From positions 966 to 64,965 of the forward strand of contig DATDGU010000111.1 in assembly GCA_036521915.1 (NCBI GenBank): a DNA stretch of 64,000 nt. The letters are read 5' to 3'. A program made the translations under genes and the position numbers. The first letter of the stretch is position 1. Every line of letters begins with the position of its first letter. Of the stretch, positions 19,306 to 28,944 are shown in pieces. Source of the DNA: Acidimicrobiia bacterium. Its GTDB lineage: Bacteria > Actinomycetota > Acidimicrobiia > IMCC26256 > PALSA-555. The notes below the pieces were generated by a model, which saw only the letters and a program-made list of their open reading frames with translations, made no database searches and was not told the DNA's origin.

Positions 19306-19707
19306 TCAGCCCGTGAGCAGGATCCCGAGGAACAGCGCGGCGAAGGCGCTGAGCCCGCTCAAGGCGCCGAAGACGGCGAGGCCGGTGCGCGACTTGGCGC
19401 GGCTGTGCAGCAGCGCGGTGAGCCCAGACACGCCGACGACGGCCAGCTTCACGATGAGCGTCGTGCCGTACGGGCTGGACCAGTCGACGTGCAGCGCGAG
19501 GATGTTCCAGATCCCGGTGGCGACGAGCAGCGCGTACGCCGGCCAGGCGATAGCTGAGAACAGCCGCGCGACGGTGCGTGGCGCGGTCGGCGAGATCCGG
19601 CGGAGGCTGGGCACGATCCCGGCCAGCGTGATCTGGCCGCCGACCCAGACGGTCGCGCCGGTCACGTGGAGGAACAGGCGAATCGTCGTCCACGAGACGG
19701 GCAGCAC
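19306..19707 (-). CDS. Small integral membrane protein (4 predicted TM, CopD-like)
   Basis: 133 aa, hydrophobic throughout (RLFLHVTGATVWVGGQITLAG...). No specific family can be asserted. Confidence 0.55.
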   Translation of the reverse strand: MLPVSWTTIRLFLHVTGATVWVGGQITLAGIVPSLRRISPTAPRTVARLFSAIAWPAYALLVATGIWNILALHVDWSSPYGTTLIVKLAVVGVSGLTALLHSRAKSRTGLAVFGALSGLSAFAALFLGILLTG

Positions 19708-19729
19708 GGCGCGACGCTAATGGGGACGC

Positions 19730-20500
19730 ATGCGGGCGCGCGGCCGGCCGCGCCGCGGTCGGGACGGTAGGGTCCTGCGGGTGAGCGACGAGGACGCGGT
19801 CGAGCGCATCCTGGTGGTGTCGGCGCACCCCGACGACGTGGACTTCGGCGCGGCGGGCAGCGCGGCCGCCTGGTCCGACGCCGGGAAGCACGTCACCTAC
19901 TGCATCGTCACCGACGGCGCCGCGGGCGGTTTCGACCCGACGGTGTCACGGGCCGAGATGGCCGAGCTCCGCCAGGCCGAGCAGACGGCCGCCGCGAAGA
20001 CCGTCGGGGTCGAGGACGTGATCTTCCTCGGGTACCCGGACGGACGCCTCGAGGTGACGATCGGTCTGCGCCGCGACCTGTCGCGGGTGATCCGCCAGAC
20101 GCGACCCGAGCGGGTCGTCGCCCAGTCACCCGACCGGAACTACGAGCGCATCTTCGCCAGCCACCCGGATCACCTGGCGGCCGGCGAGGCGGTGCTCTGC
20201 GCGGTCTACCCGGACGCCCGGAACCCGTTCGCGCATCCCGAGCTGCTCGACGACGAGCACCTCGAGCCGTGGTCGGTGCACGAGGTGTGGCTGATGGCGG
20301 CGACGACGGCGGCGAACCGATTCGTCGACGTCACGGACAGCTTCGACCGCAAGATCGAGGCGCTGCGCTGTCACGTCTCACAGCACCCCAACCCGGACGC
20401 CCTCGAGCCGATGATCCGCGGCTGGCTCGGCGGCAACGCCAAGAACGCCGGCTGGCCCGAGGGCCGCCTCGCCGAAGGGTTCTACGCGATCGCGACCTGA
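19730..20500 (+). CDS. PIG-L/LmbE family deacetylase
   Basis: Has the VVSAHPDDVDFG motif and a later HPDH. The start is ambiguous (ATG 19730 or GTG 19781). Confidence 0.8.
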   Translation: MRARGRPRRGRDGRVLRVSDEDAVERILVVSAHPDDVDFGAAGSAAAWSDAGKHVTYCIVTDGAAGGFDPTVSRAEMAELRQAEQTAAAKTVGVEDVIFLGYPDGRLEVTIGLRRDLSRVIRQTRPERVVAQSPDRNYERIFASHPDHLAAGEAVLCAVYPDARNPFAHPELLDDEHLEPWSVHEVWLMAATTAANRFVDVTDSFDRKIEALRCHVSQHPNPDALEPMIRGWLGGNAKNAGWPEGRLAEGFYAIAT

Positions 20501-20507
20501 CGCGGCG

Positions 20508-21584
20508 TCACTGGATGACGCTGCGGATGACCTCGCCGGCTTGCATCGCCTTGAACGCGTCGTTGATGTCGTTGAGGCCCATCTTGCGGGACACCATGTC
20601 GCCGAGGTCGAGCCGGCCCTGCTCGACGAGCCCGATGAGGCGCGGGAAGTCGCGGTTCACCTGCGCGGACCCGTAGACGGTGCCGAGCAGGCGCTTCTCC
20701 TGGAGGATGAGCGGCATGGACGGCAGCTCGATGGACTGGTCGAAGCGGGGGACGCCCACCGCGACGCACGTGCCGCCGGCGCGGGTCATGTCGAAGGCCT
20801 GGCGGATGGTCGCCGGGTTTCCGATCACTTCGAACGCGTAGTCGGCGCCGCGGCCGCTGGTCAGCGCCTGGACCTGCGCGACCGGGTCGCCGGCGGAGGG
20901 GTCGATCGCGTCGGTGGCGCCGAGCTCCAGCGCGGTCGTGCGCTTCAGCTCCACGGGGTCCACGGCGATGATGCGCGCCGCGCCGGCGATCTGGGCGCCC
21001 TGGATGACGGCCTGGCCGACGCCGCCGCAGCCGACGACGGCGACGGACGAGCCGGGGACGACCTGCGCGGTGTTCAGCGCGGCGCCGACGCCGGTCGTGA
21101 CGCCGCACCCGATGAGCGCGAGCTGGTCGTCGGGAAGGTCGGTCTCGACCTTCACGAGGGAGATCTCGTCGCAGGTCATCGCCTCGGCGAACGTGCCGAG
21201 CCCGGTCATGGTGGGGAGCGGTGTGTCGTCGCTGCGGGTGGCCCGCATGGTGCCCATCACCGTGTAGGTCTGCTCGCACAGGTTGGACTGGTTGTTGCGG
21301 CAGAACCAGCAGACGCCGCACGCCGGGATGAACGAGCCGATGACCCGGTCGCCCGCCTTGACCCGGGAGACCTCCTTGCCGACGGACTCGACGATTCCGG
21401 TGCCCTCGTGGCCGAGGATGCACGGCGGGGGCATGGGCAGCGTGCCGTTGATGACCGACAGGTCGGAGTGGCACACGCCGCTCGCCGTGACCCGCACGAC
21501 GACGTCACGGGGTCCCGGGTCGGTGGGCTTGACGTCCTCGACGACGAGGTCGCCGTCGGGCTCCACGAAGATCGCTGCGCGCAT
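20508..21584 (-). CDS. Zinc-dependent alcohol dehydrogenase (MDR family)
   Basis: 358 aa. Has GVCHSDL, GHEGTG, structural-zinc Cys residues CGVCWFC and the NAD fold GCGGVG. An RBS GAGAGAAGG precedes the start. Confidence 0.9.
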   Translation of the reverse strand: MRAAIFVEPDGDLVVEDVKPTDPGPRDVVVRVTASGVCHSDLSVINGTLPMPPPCILGHEGTGIVESVGKEVSRVKAGDRVIGSFIPACGVCWFCRNNQSNLCEQTYTVMGTMRATRSDDTPLPTMTGLGTFAEAMTCDEISLVKVETDLPDDQLALIGCGVTTGVGAALNTAQVVPGSSVAVVGCGGVGQAVIQGAQIAGAARIIAVDPVELKRTTALELGATDAIDPSAGDPVAQVQALTSGRGADYAFEVIGNPATIRQAFDMTRAGGTCVAVGVPRFDQSIELPSMPLILQEKRLLGTVYGSAQVNRDFPRLIGLVEQGRLDLGDMVSRKMGLNDINDAFKAMQAGEVIRSVIQ

Positions 21585-21623
21585 GGGCGTGCCTTCTCTC
21601 GGTTGGGCTTCGGTTCGAACGTA

Positions 21624-22496
21624 TCAGGGGGCCGGCCAGGGGTGGAGCGGCAGGCCCGAGGCGGGCATCCCCTCCCAGGCGACGACGTGGCCGGGGAGCC
21701 CGTCGGTGGCGAAGAGCGTGCGGCCGTCGGCGCCGCCGAAGCAGCAGTTCGTGGTGACGCCGGGCCCGTCGAGGGCAAGGAACTCGACCTCCTGGCCGTC
21801 GGGCTCGAGGACGCGCACGCCGTGCGCCGCGGTGTTCGCCACGTAGAGGCGGCCGTCGACGTCGACGCAAAGCCCGTCGCCGCTGCCGCCGGGCAGCTGC
21901 TCGACGATCCAGGGCCGCTCGCCGTCGACGAGGCGCAGCAGTCCCTGCCCCTCGACGACGACGGGGGTGCCCTCGGGCTCGAGCGCGATCCCGTTGCAGT
22001 AGAGGAAGCCCGACGCGACGGTCGTGACCGTCCCGACGGGGGTCATCGTGTGCACCCGGCCGCGCGGCTCGGCGGGGGGTGGGAACGGTGGCGGGTCCGT
22101 GAACCAGAGCGTGCCGTCGGCCGCGACGACGAGGTCGTTCGGCGCGAGGAACCCGTCGTCGACCACGTACTCGACGGCGCCGTCCGGGTGGACGCGCTGC
22201 AGGCCCGGCGTCACCGGCTCGAAGGGTGGCGGGTCGGGGAACAGGTTCGTGCTGGCGAAGTCGATCCCGCCGTTCTGCGTGACGAGGAAGCCACCGTCGC
22301 GGGCGAGCGCCGCCGCGTTGGCGCCGCCCCCGACGACGGCGACGCGCTCGACGCGGCCGTCGGCGAGGTGGATGCGCTCGAGCGCACCGTCGGCCACGCT
22401 CGTGCACACCAGCGTGCCCGGCCCGCCGTCGGCCGCCGGGCAGTACACCGGCCCCTCGGGGAACCGGATGCCGGTGGCGACGACCTCGGCCCTCAC
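21624..22496 (-). CDS. SMP-30/gluconolactonase/LRE-like beta-propeller protein
   Basis: Has FPEGPVY, PNDLVVAADGTLWFTDP and CFGGADGRTLF. The GTG start overlaps the stop of the upstream gene (GTGA). Confidence 0.8.
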   Translation of the reverse strand: MRAEVVATGIRFPEGPVYCPAADGGPGTLVCTSVADGALERIHLADGRVERVAVVGGGANAAALARDGGFLVTQNGGIDFASTNLFPDPPPFEPVTPGLQRVHPDGAVEYVVDDGFLAPNDLVVAADGTLWFTDPPPFPPPAEPRGRVHTMTPVGTVTTVASGFLYCNGIALEPEGTPVVVEGQGLLRLVDGERPWIVEQLPGGSGDGLCVDVDGRLYVANTAAHGVRVLEPDGQEVEFLALDGPGVTTNCCFGGADGRTLFATDGLPGHVVAWEGMPASGLPLHPWPAP

Positions 22497-23533
22497 GACC
22501 CGTAGCCGGGTCGGCCCGCGGCGTCCCACTCCTGGTAGTAGTCGAAGAACGCCTGGCCGAAGGGGTCGTCGCCGCTCCACGGCATCGAGCCGCGATGGAT
22601 CGTCCAGTCGGCGAGCGCGAGGTTCTTCGCCGCGGCGAGGTGACGGGCGGCGGCGTCGGGGTTCCCGGCGCGCAGCAGGTGCGCCGCGAGGCGCCGCTCG
22701 GCGCGGGCGCGCTGCTCGGCCTCGTCGGCCGGGACCTGGCGGTCGTGGATCTCGGCGGTGGACAGCGGCGCCACCCCGTCGTGCACCCAGCGGCGCAGCG
22801 CATCGTGGTGCAACGAGGAGTCGATCTGGGTGAAGTCCTTGAAGCGGTCGTCGGCCGGGGTGATCGCCGGCGGCCGGACGATTCGGTTGGCCTCGTCGAT
22901 CCAGACGGTTGTCGGGATGTTCAAGATCCCGTAGCGCTCGGCGACGAGGTGGTCGCGGTCGAGGAGCACCGGGTAGGTGAGCGGGACGGGCGATTCGTCG
23001 ACCGCCCACTGGCGGACGGCCTCAGGGTCCTCGTCGAGCGCGACGGCGAGCATGACGAGGCCGGTCGACGCGAGCTCGTCGTGCAGCTCCTGCCACACGG
23101 GCAGGTCCCAGCGGCACCCTCACCATGACGCCCAGGCGATGAGCAGCCGCTTGCGGCCCGCGTAGTCGTCGAGCGACACGGGGTGGCCGTCGAGGTCCGG
23201 GAGCGTGAACGGCGGCGCGTCGAGCGCGTCGAGGCGGGCCTGCACGTCGGTGGGCGCGGCGCCGAACACGGCGACGCCCGCGTCGGGCTCGACGGCGACG
23301 GGACGGCCGAGCGCGGCGCCGAAGGCGCGGACGTCGATCGCGCCGTCGGTCAGGAGCGCGGCGCGGTCGCGTACGGGGACGCACACGTTGTCGCGGCAGA
23401 GGCCCTCGGGTCGCAGCGTCCAGCCCGTCGCGTGGTCGAGGTCGTCGGCCGCGACGAGCAGCGTGTCACCGTGCCGGGTGGCGGGCACGCGGATCTCGCG
23501 GTCGTCGTCGAGGAGCGTCGCGTCGGTGGGCAC
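22493..23533 (-). CDS. TlpA/ResA-like thioredoxin-fold protein with an in-frame UGA at the redox motif (candidate selenoprotein, W-A-S-W-U-G-C)
   Basis: ORFs 23120..23533 and 22493..23098 are in the same frame, separated only by TGA at 23120-23122. The joined sequence reads [29 protein letters not shown][TGA][15 protein letters not shown]...GILNIPTTVWID, a contiguous TlpA-type fold. A hairpin follows the TGA. Confidence 0.65.
23089..23105 (-). promoter_or_regulatory. Candidate bacterial SECIS hairpin downstream of UGA 23120-23122
   Basis: The mRNA reads UGA-N14-CCUGCC-CGUGU-GGCAGG, a 6-bp GC-rich stem with a 5-nt loop containing G/GU. The loop begins 21 nt after the UGA. Confidence 0.5.
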
Positions 23534-23568
23534 GCCGTCAACCTACCCGGGACCGTAGGCTCGGGGCA

Positions 23569-24384
23569 GTGGGGCTGCTCGACGGGAAGGCGGCGATCGT
23601 CACCGGGGGCGGCGGTGGGATCGGTCGGGGGATCGCGGAGCGCTTCGCCGCGGAGGGCGCGGCGGTCACCCTCGCGGAGATCGACGAGGGACGCGCCGCC
23701 GAGACGGCCGCGGCGATCGAGGCGGCCGGCGGGACCGTGCAGCCCGTCGTCGCTGATGTCCGCGAGGCCGCGGACGTCCAGCGGGTCGTGGCCGCCGCGC
23801 TCGACCTGACCGGGCGCGTCGACGTCCTCGTGAACAACGTCGGGCACTACGGCGGGAAGCGCAAGGCCTTCCATGAGCAGACCCAGGAGGAGTGGCTCGA
23901 CCTCTACCGGGTGAACCTCGAGCACGTGCTGCTCACGACGCGCGCCGTGCTCGGCCCGATGGTCGAGCGCGGGGCCGGTGCGATCGTGAGCGTCTCGACG
24001 ATCGAGGCGTTCCGGGGGATCCCGACGCGCGCGGTCTACGCCGCGTTCAAGGCCGGGATCACCGGGCTCACGAAGAGCCTGGCGCTCGAGTACGCGCCGC
24101 ACGGGATCCGGGTGAACGCGATCGCGCCGGACGTGACCGAGACGCTGCAGGTCCCGTACTCGAGCTGGCTGCAGCCGGGCGACGAGGCGCTCATCCCCTT
24201 GTGGGTGCCCGTCGGCCGGTTCGGCACACCCGAGGACCTCGCCGGCGTCGCGCTGTTCCTCGCGTCGGACCTGGCGGCGTTCGTCACCGGGACGACCGTC
24301 CACGCCGACGGCGGCACGTTCGCGGCCGGCGGCTGGTTCCGGACGATCGAAGGGACCTGGACGAACCGGCCGCGGCACGCCTAG
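23569..24384 (+). CDS. SDR family oxidoreductase (FabG-like)
   Basis: 271 aa. Has TGGGGGIGRG, NNVG and the catalytic YAAFKAG. Confidence 0.88.
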   Translation: MGLLDGKAAIVTGGGGGIGRGIAERFAAEGAAVTLAEIDEGRAAETAAAIEAAGGTVQPVVADVREAADVQRVVAAALDLTGRVDVLVNNVGHYGGKRKAFHEQTQEEWLDLYRVNLEHVLLTTRAVLGPMVERGAGAIVSVSTIEAFRGIPTRAVYAAFKAGITGLTKSLALEYAPHGIRVNAIAPDVTETLQVPYSSWLQPGDEALIPLWVPVGRFGTPEDLAGVALFLASDLAAFVTGTTVHADGGTFAAGGWFRTIEGTWTNRPRHA

Positions 24385-25922
24385 CGGGACGGCGCGACCG
24401 GCGCGTCGGCGCGAAAGCGCGGGGTGCCGAGCTCGGCGGCCTCGAGGGTGCGCAGCTGCTCGAAGCGGTCGCGCACCTCACCCCGGTGGGCGCGGTCCAT
24501 CGCGAGGTTGCGCAGCTCGTGGGGGTCCTCGGCGAGGTCGTACAGCTCGTGGTCCTGGTCCTCGAACGGTGCGTCGACGTCGACGCGCTTCGGGTGGCGC
24601 GGCGGTCGGCCGGTGTTGCCCCAGCCGCCGCCGCAGCCGTAGTAGCGGGCGTACTTGTAGCGGCCGTCGAAGACGCCGCGGATCGCGTACCGCAGCTCGA
24701 CGCACGAGTCGTACCAGGCCATGTCCTGGGCGAATAGAACCGCGTCACGCGCCGGCCGGCTCGGGTCGGCGAGCACGCCGGTGAGGTCCTGGCCGGGGAG
24801 GTCGGCGGCGTCGGCGCCGCCGAGCGCGCACACGGTGCGGGCGAGGTCGAGGTGGCTGGCCAGCGCGTCGGTGCATGTGGCGGCGGCGGTGACGCCGGGC
24901 ACCTTGACGTAGAGCGGGACGCGCATGATCTCGTCGTAGACGAACGGGCCCTTGCTGCGCAGGCCGTGGGAGCCGCACATGTCGCCGTGGTCGGCGGTGA
25001 AGATCACGGCGGTCTCGGCGGCGGCACCCGACGCGTCGAGCGCGTCGAGCACGAGCCCGAGGTTGCGGTCGCCTTCCTGGTGGAGCCGCCAGTAGTAGTC
25101 GAGGTGGCGACACCAGGCGCGCGTGTCGGTCGGGTCGAGGTACCCGTAGAGGGTGTGCTGCTGCTGGTAGAGCCACTCGCGCTGCACGGCCGGCTTCGTG
25201 AACAGGTCGTCGTCGAAGTTGGGTGGGAGGGTGTCGAACACCTCGTCGTACGGCGCGGCATATGCGGGGAGCGGGTCGGTCTCCTTCCATGCCGCGGCCT
25301 CGAGGAAGCGCTTCACCGCGTCGACCTCGTCGGCGCGGTCGCGCTGGTAGTCGGGCTGGTCGATCGGGAACCACATCACGTCGTGGGGGTTGACCAGCCC
25401 GACGACGAGGAGCCAGGGCCTGGGGCTGGCGGCGTTCGCCGCGAGCCAGGTGGCGGCCCGCTCGGCGATCCACGGGTCGAACTCGACGCCCGTGCCGGCC
25501 CAGCCCATGAAGTGACGGTCGTTGCCGGACCAGTCCGAGAAGCCGTACGGCTCGAGGTCGGGCGACACCGCGTGGGAGAGGTGCCACTTGCCGATGTAGG
25601 AGGTGCGGTAGCCGGCGTCGCGCAGGCGCCGCCCGATCGTCGGGATCGCCGGGTCGAGTTCACGCTGGCCGGAGAACACGACGTTGTCGACGACGCCGTG
25701 CTCGGGCACGGTGCGGCCGGTGAGGATCGTCGCCCGCGAGGGCGAGCACGGCGACGAGTGTGTGTAGAAGCGCGTGAACTCGAGACCCTCGTCGAGCAGC
25801 CGCTGGCGGTGGGGCAGCGTGAGGTCGGGTGGGATCCAGCCCCGCTGGCGCTCCTGGTCGGCGACCACGAGGAGGATGTTGGGCCGGCGGACATCCGTCG
25901 GAGCCGGTGCCGGGGTGACCAT
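24381..25922 (-). CDS. Cys-type sulfatase
   Basis: 513 aa. Has NILLVVADQ and the formylglycine motif CSPSR followed by ATILTGR, then ADHGD later. Confidence 0.88.
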   Translation of the reverse strand: MVTPAPAPTDVRRPNILLVVADQERQRGWIPPDLTLPHRQRLLDEGLEFTRFYTHSSPCSPSRATILTGRTVPEHGVVDNVVFSGQRELDPAIPTIGRRLRDAGYRTSYIGKWHLSHAVSPDLEPYGFSDWSGNDRHFMGWAGTGVEFDPWIAERAATWLAANAASPRPWLLVVGLVNPHDVMWFPIDQPDYQRDRADEVDAVKRFLEAAAWKETDPLPAYAAPYDEVFDTLPPNFDDDLFTKPAVQREWLYQQQHTLYGYLDPTDTRAWCRHLDYYWRLHQEGDRNLGLVLDALDASGAAAETAVIFTADHGDMCGSHGLRSKGPFVYDEIMRVPLYVKVPGVTAAATCTDALASHLDLARTVCALGGADAADLPGQDLTGVLADPSRPARDAVLFAQDMAWYDSCVELRYAIRGVFDGRYKYARYYGCGGGWGNTGRPPRHPKRVDVDAPFEDQDHELYDLAEDPHELRNLAMDRAHRGEVRDRFEQLRTLEAAELGTPRFRADAPVAPSR

Positions 25923-25948
25923 CGACGCGGACGCTACCGTCCGACGCC

Positions 25949-26560
25949 ATGTCGGGGATGGGGACGGTCGTCGCGCGCGTGCTGCTGGTGCGCCACGGCG
26001 AGTCGACGTGGAACGTCGAGGGTCGATGGCAGGGGCGCGCCGACCCGCCGCTCAGCCCCGACGGGGAGCGCCAAGCGCGCGAGGCCGCCGATGCCCTGCC
26101 GGCGGTCGCCGTCGTGTGGGCCTCCGACCTTGCCCGTGCCCGCCAGACCGCCGAGCTCGTGGCGCCGGCGGGTGCCGCCGTGCGCCTCGACGCGCGGCTC
26201 CGCGAGCGCGACGTCGGCGCCTGGGCCGGCCTGACCCGCGCCGAGATCGACGCGCGCGACCCGGGCGCGCTGGAGGGGGGCCGCCGCCCCCCGGACTGGG
26301 AGAGCGACGAGGCGCTGGGCGCACGGTGCTGGCCCGCGCTGTGCGCCGTGTCGGCGAGCCTCGCGCCGGGTGGGGAGGGCCTGGTCGTGACGCACGGCGG
26401 GCTCATCCGCGTCGTCGCCGAGGGGCTCGGCGTGGCGGCGTGGCCGGTGCCCAACCTGGCTGGCGTGTGGCTCGAGCGCCGCGGTGACGCGTTCTCGCTG
26501 GGCCCACGCGTCTCGCTGCTCGACGCCGAATCTCGACGCGGCGCCCGTCACGCCAGCTGA
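25949..26560 (+). CDS. Histidine phosphatase (phosphoglycerate-mutase-like) family protein
   Basis: Has the LLVRHGESTWN catalytic RHG motif and a later VTHGG. Confidence 0.85.
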   Translation: MSGMGTVVARVLLVRHGESTWNVEGRWQGRADPPLSPDGERQAREAADALPAVAVVWASDLARARQTAELVAPAGAAVRLDARLRERDVGAWAGLTRAEIDARDPGALEGGRRPPDWESDEALGARCWPALCAVSASLAPGGEGLVVTHGGLIRVVAEGLGVAAWPVPNLAGVWLERRGDAFSLGPRVSLLDAESRRGARHAS

Positions 26561-26649
26561 GCGGCGCGAATCGGGCCGATGGCGCCGGGCGTGTCGGCCG
26601 CTAGAATGGTCGTTCCCCCGTACGCAACTGAAGCGAGAGCCCCGCCGCG

Positions 26650-28935
26650 TTGACTGCCGTCGACCCCGAGCTCCTGGCTGAACAGCGGTACGTCGACCGG
26701 GCGTACGGCCGTCTGGAGGCCATGCGGGCCGCCGCCCGTCGGGTGGCCGACGGCTACGCCGAGGTCGGCGCGGGAGGCACGCATCAGGCTCGCCTCGAGC
26801 GAGACGTCGCCGCGGAGGTCACGCGTCGCCGCCTCGCGGCGCTCGACATCGGCGCGGCGCCGCTGTGCTTCGGTCGGCTCGACCTCGCCGAGGACGGCGA
26901 CGGCGACGGCGACGGCGACGCCGAGCAGCTCTACTACATCGGGCGGGTGGCGGTCACCGACGACGACCAGGTGCCCCTCATCGTCGACTGGCGTGCGCCC
27001 GTCTCCGAGCCCTTCTACCGGGCGACGGCCACCGACTCGATGGGCGTCGTACGCCGCCGCCACTTCCTCACCCGCGTCGGCGACGGCCGCGAGCTGGTCG
27101 GCATCGACGACGAGGTGTTCGACCGGGACGCCGCCGAGTCGTCGGGGTTCACCGTGTTCGGGGAGGGGGCGCTGCTCGCCGCGCTCGACCGGGCCCGCAC
27201 GGGTCGCATGAGCGACATCGTGGCCACGATCCAGGCCGAACAGGACGAGGCGATCCGCTCGCCGCTGCCCGGCGTGCTCGTCGTCGCCGGCGGGCCAGGG
27301 ACGGGCAAGACCGCCGTCGCGCTCCACCGCGCCGCCTACCTCCTGTACACGCATCGCCGCCGCCTCGCCGGGCAGGGCGTGCTCTTCGTCGGCCCGAACT
27401 CGATCTTCGTGCGCTACATCGACCAGGTGCTGCCCTCGTTGGGGGAGAGCGACGTGCAGCTCTCGACCCTCGCGGGCCTGAAGCCGGCGTACTCGGTCGG
27501 CGGCGAGGACTCGACGGCCGCGGCCCACCTGAAGGGCGACGCCCGCATGGCGCGCGTCATCGAGCGGGCGATGCGGGACCGGGAGCACCCGCTCGCGCGC
27601 GACATGGTGGTGATGGTTGACGGCACGCTGCTGCGGCTGTCGCGTGGCGCGTCGCAGCGGATCGTCGAGCGGGCGCGCGGGCGACGCGGCACGCACAACG
27701 CCAAGCGACCCGGGGTAGTGCGCGCCGTCGTGGAGCAGCTCCGCCACCGGTACCGCCGGGCGCTCGGCGCGGTCGCGCCCGACGACGCAGACTGGGACCG
27801 CGAGCTCGACGGACGACTGCGGCGCCTGCCCGAGGTGCGCGCCGCGCTCCAGCGCATGTGGCCCGTCCTAACCGGCGGGGAGCTCCTCCACGACCTGTTC
27901 TCGTTCCCCGGGCTCGTCCGCTCCGCGTCGACGGGAATCCTGTCCGACGACGAGCAGGCGCTGCTCGTGCGGGCGCGGTCACCGCGCGTGCGCGACGTCG
28001 CCTGGACCGAGGCCGATCTCGCGCTCATCGACGAGGCGGACGCCCGCCTCGGCCCGCCCGAGGCCGCGCGGCCACGACGTCGGCGGGCTCGCGCCCGCGA
28101 CGACGACGCGGCGTCGCGTGTCGTCGCCGGCCTGGGGCTGGGGGGATTCCTCACCCCGGGTGAGGTGGCGCGCCGCTATACCGGCGACGGCCAGTCGGGC
28201 GATGACGCGCCTGACGAGCCGCGCACGTTCGGGCACGTCCTCGTCGACGAGGCCCAGGACGTGTCGGCGATGCAGTGGCGCCTGCTCGCCCGCCGCTGCC
28301 CGTCCGGCTCGATGACCATCGTGGGCGACTTCGGCCAGGCCAGCCGGGCGGGGGCGCTCCACGACTGGCCGGAGGTGCTGGACATCGTGTCGGGGCGCGC
28401 CGGCGCGGAGATCGTGACCCTCACAGTGAACTACCGCACGCCGAGCGAGATCATGCGCGTCGCGCACCGCGTGCTCAGCGCGGCGTCGCCGGGCGCGCCG
28501 CCGACCCGGTCGGTCCGCGACTCGGGGCACGAGCCGCGGTTCGTGCGCGTCAGCCAGGACGGCCTCGTCGACGGCCTGGCGGACGCGGCGCGCCGGTCGG
28601 TCGGGGCAGGCGGGACGGTCGCGGTCGTCGCGCGCGCCGAGCTGCACGACGACCTCGTCGCCCGGCTCGCCGACGTCGGCGCGCGGGCCGGCACAACCGA
28701 GGCGCTCGACGCGCCGGTCGCCGTGCTCACGGCGCAGGCGATCAAGGGCCTCGAGTTCGACCACGTCGTCGTCAGCGACCCGTCGACGCTCGTGCCCGGC
28801 GACGACGCCGGGTTGCGGCTCCTCTACGTCGCGCTGACCCGCGCGACACGCACGCTGACCGTGGTCTACGCCGAGGCGCTCCCGGAGGCGCTCAGCGCCG
28901 CCGCCCTGCCCGGCGCGGCGATCGCGGCGTCGTAG
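26650..28935 (+). CDS. helD: HelD/helicase IV-like UvrD-family ATPase
   Basis: 761 aa with TTG start. Has an N-terminal coiled region, YYIGRVAVTDDD...IVDWRAPVSEPFY, Walker A GGPGTGKT, VDEAQD and a C-terminal KGLEFDHV. Confidence 0.85.
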   Translation: MTAVDPELLAEQRYVDRAYGRLEAMRAAARRVADGYAEVGAGGTHQARLERDVAAEVTRRRLAALDIGAAPLCFGRLDLAEDGDGDGDGDAEQLYYIGRVAVTDDDQVPLIVDWRAPVSEPFYRATATDSMGVVRRRHFLTRVGDGRELVGIDDEVFDRDAAESSGFTVFGEGALLAALDRARTGRMSDIVATIQAEQDEAIRSPLPGVLVVAGGPGTGKTAVALHRAAYLLYTHRRRLAGQGVLFVGPNSIFVRYIDQVLPSLGESDVQLSTLAGLKPAYSVGGEDSTAAAHLKGDARMARVIERAMRDREHPLARDMVVMVDGTLLRLSRGASQRIVERARGRRGTHNAKRPGVVRAVVEQLRHRYRRALGAVAPDDADWDRELDGRLRRLPEVRAALQRMWPVLTGGELLHDLFSFPGLVRSASTGILSDDEQALLVRARSPRVRDVAWTEADLALIDEADARLGPPEAARPRRRRARARDDDAASRVVAGLGLGGFLTPGEVARRYTGDGQSGDDAPDEPRTFGHVLVDEAQDVSAMQWRLLARRCPSGSMTIVGDFGQASRAGALHDWPEVLDIVSGRAGAEIVTLTVNYRTPSEIMRVAHRVLSAASPGAPPTRSVRDSGHEPRFVRVSQDGLVDGLADAARRSVGAGGTVAVVARAELHDDLVARLADVGARAGTTEALDAPVAVLTAQAIKGLEFDHVVVSDPSTLVPGDDAGLRLLYVALTRATRTLTVVYAEALPEALSAAALPGAAIAAS
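26893..26922 (+). repeat. In-frame hexanucleotide microsatellite (GACGGC)x4 plus GACGCC within helD
   Basis: Read directly from the sequence. It encodes DGDGDGDGDA. Confidence 0.9.
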
Positions 28936-28944
28936 GATCCGCGC

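Noticed and set aside
23096-23098. GTG 23098 and GTG 57540 as independent start codons of the downstream ORF halves
   Set aside because: Both lack an RBS. Both would produce proteins missing the first half of a continuous fold. The first GTG lies inside the hairpin loop following the in-frame UGA.
24381-24384. Convergent SDR and sulfatase genes share a palindromic CTAG covering both stop codons
   Set aside because: This is a curiosity of tight packing, and no functional inference can be supported.
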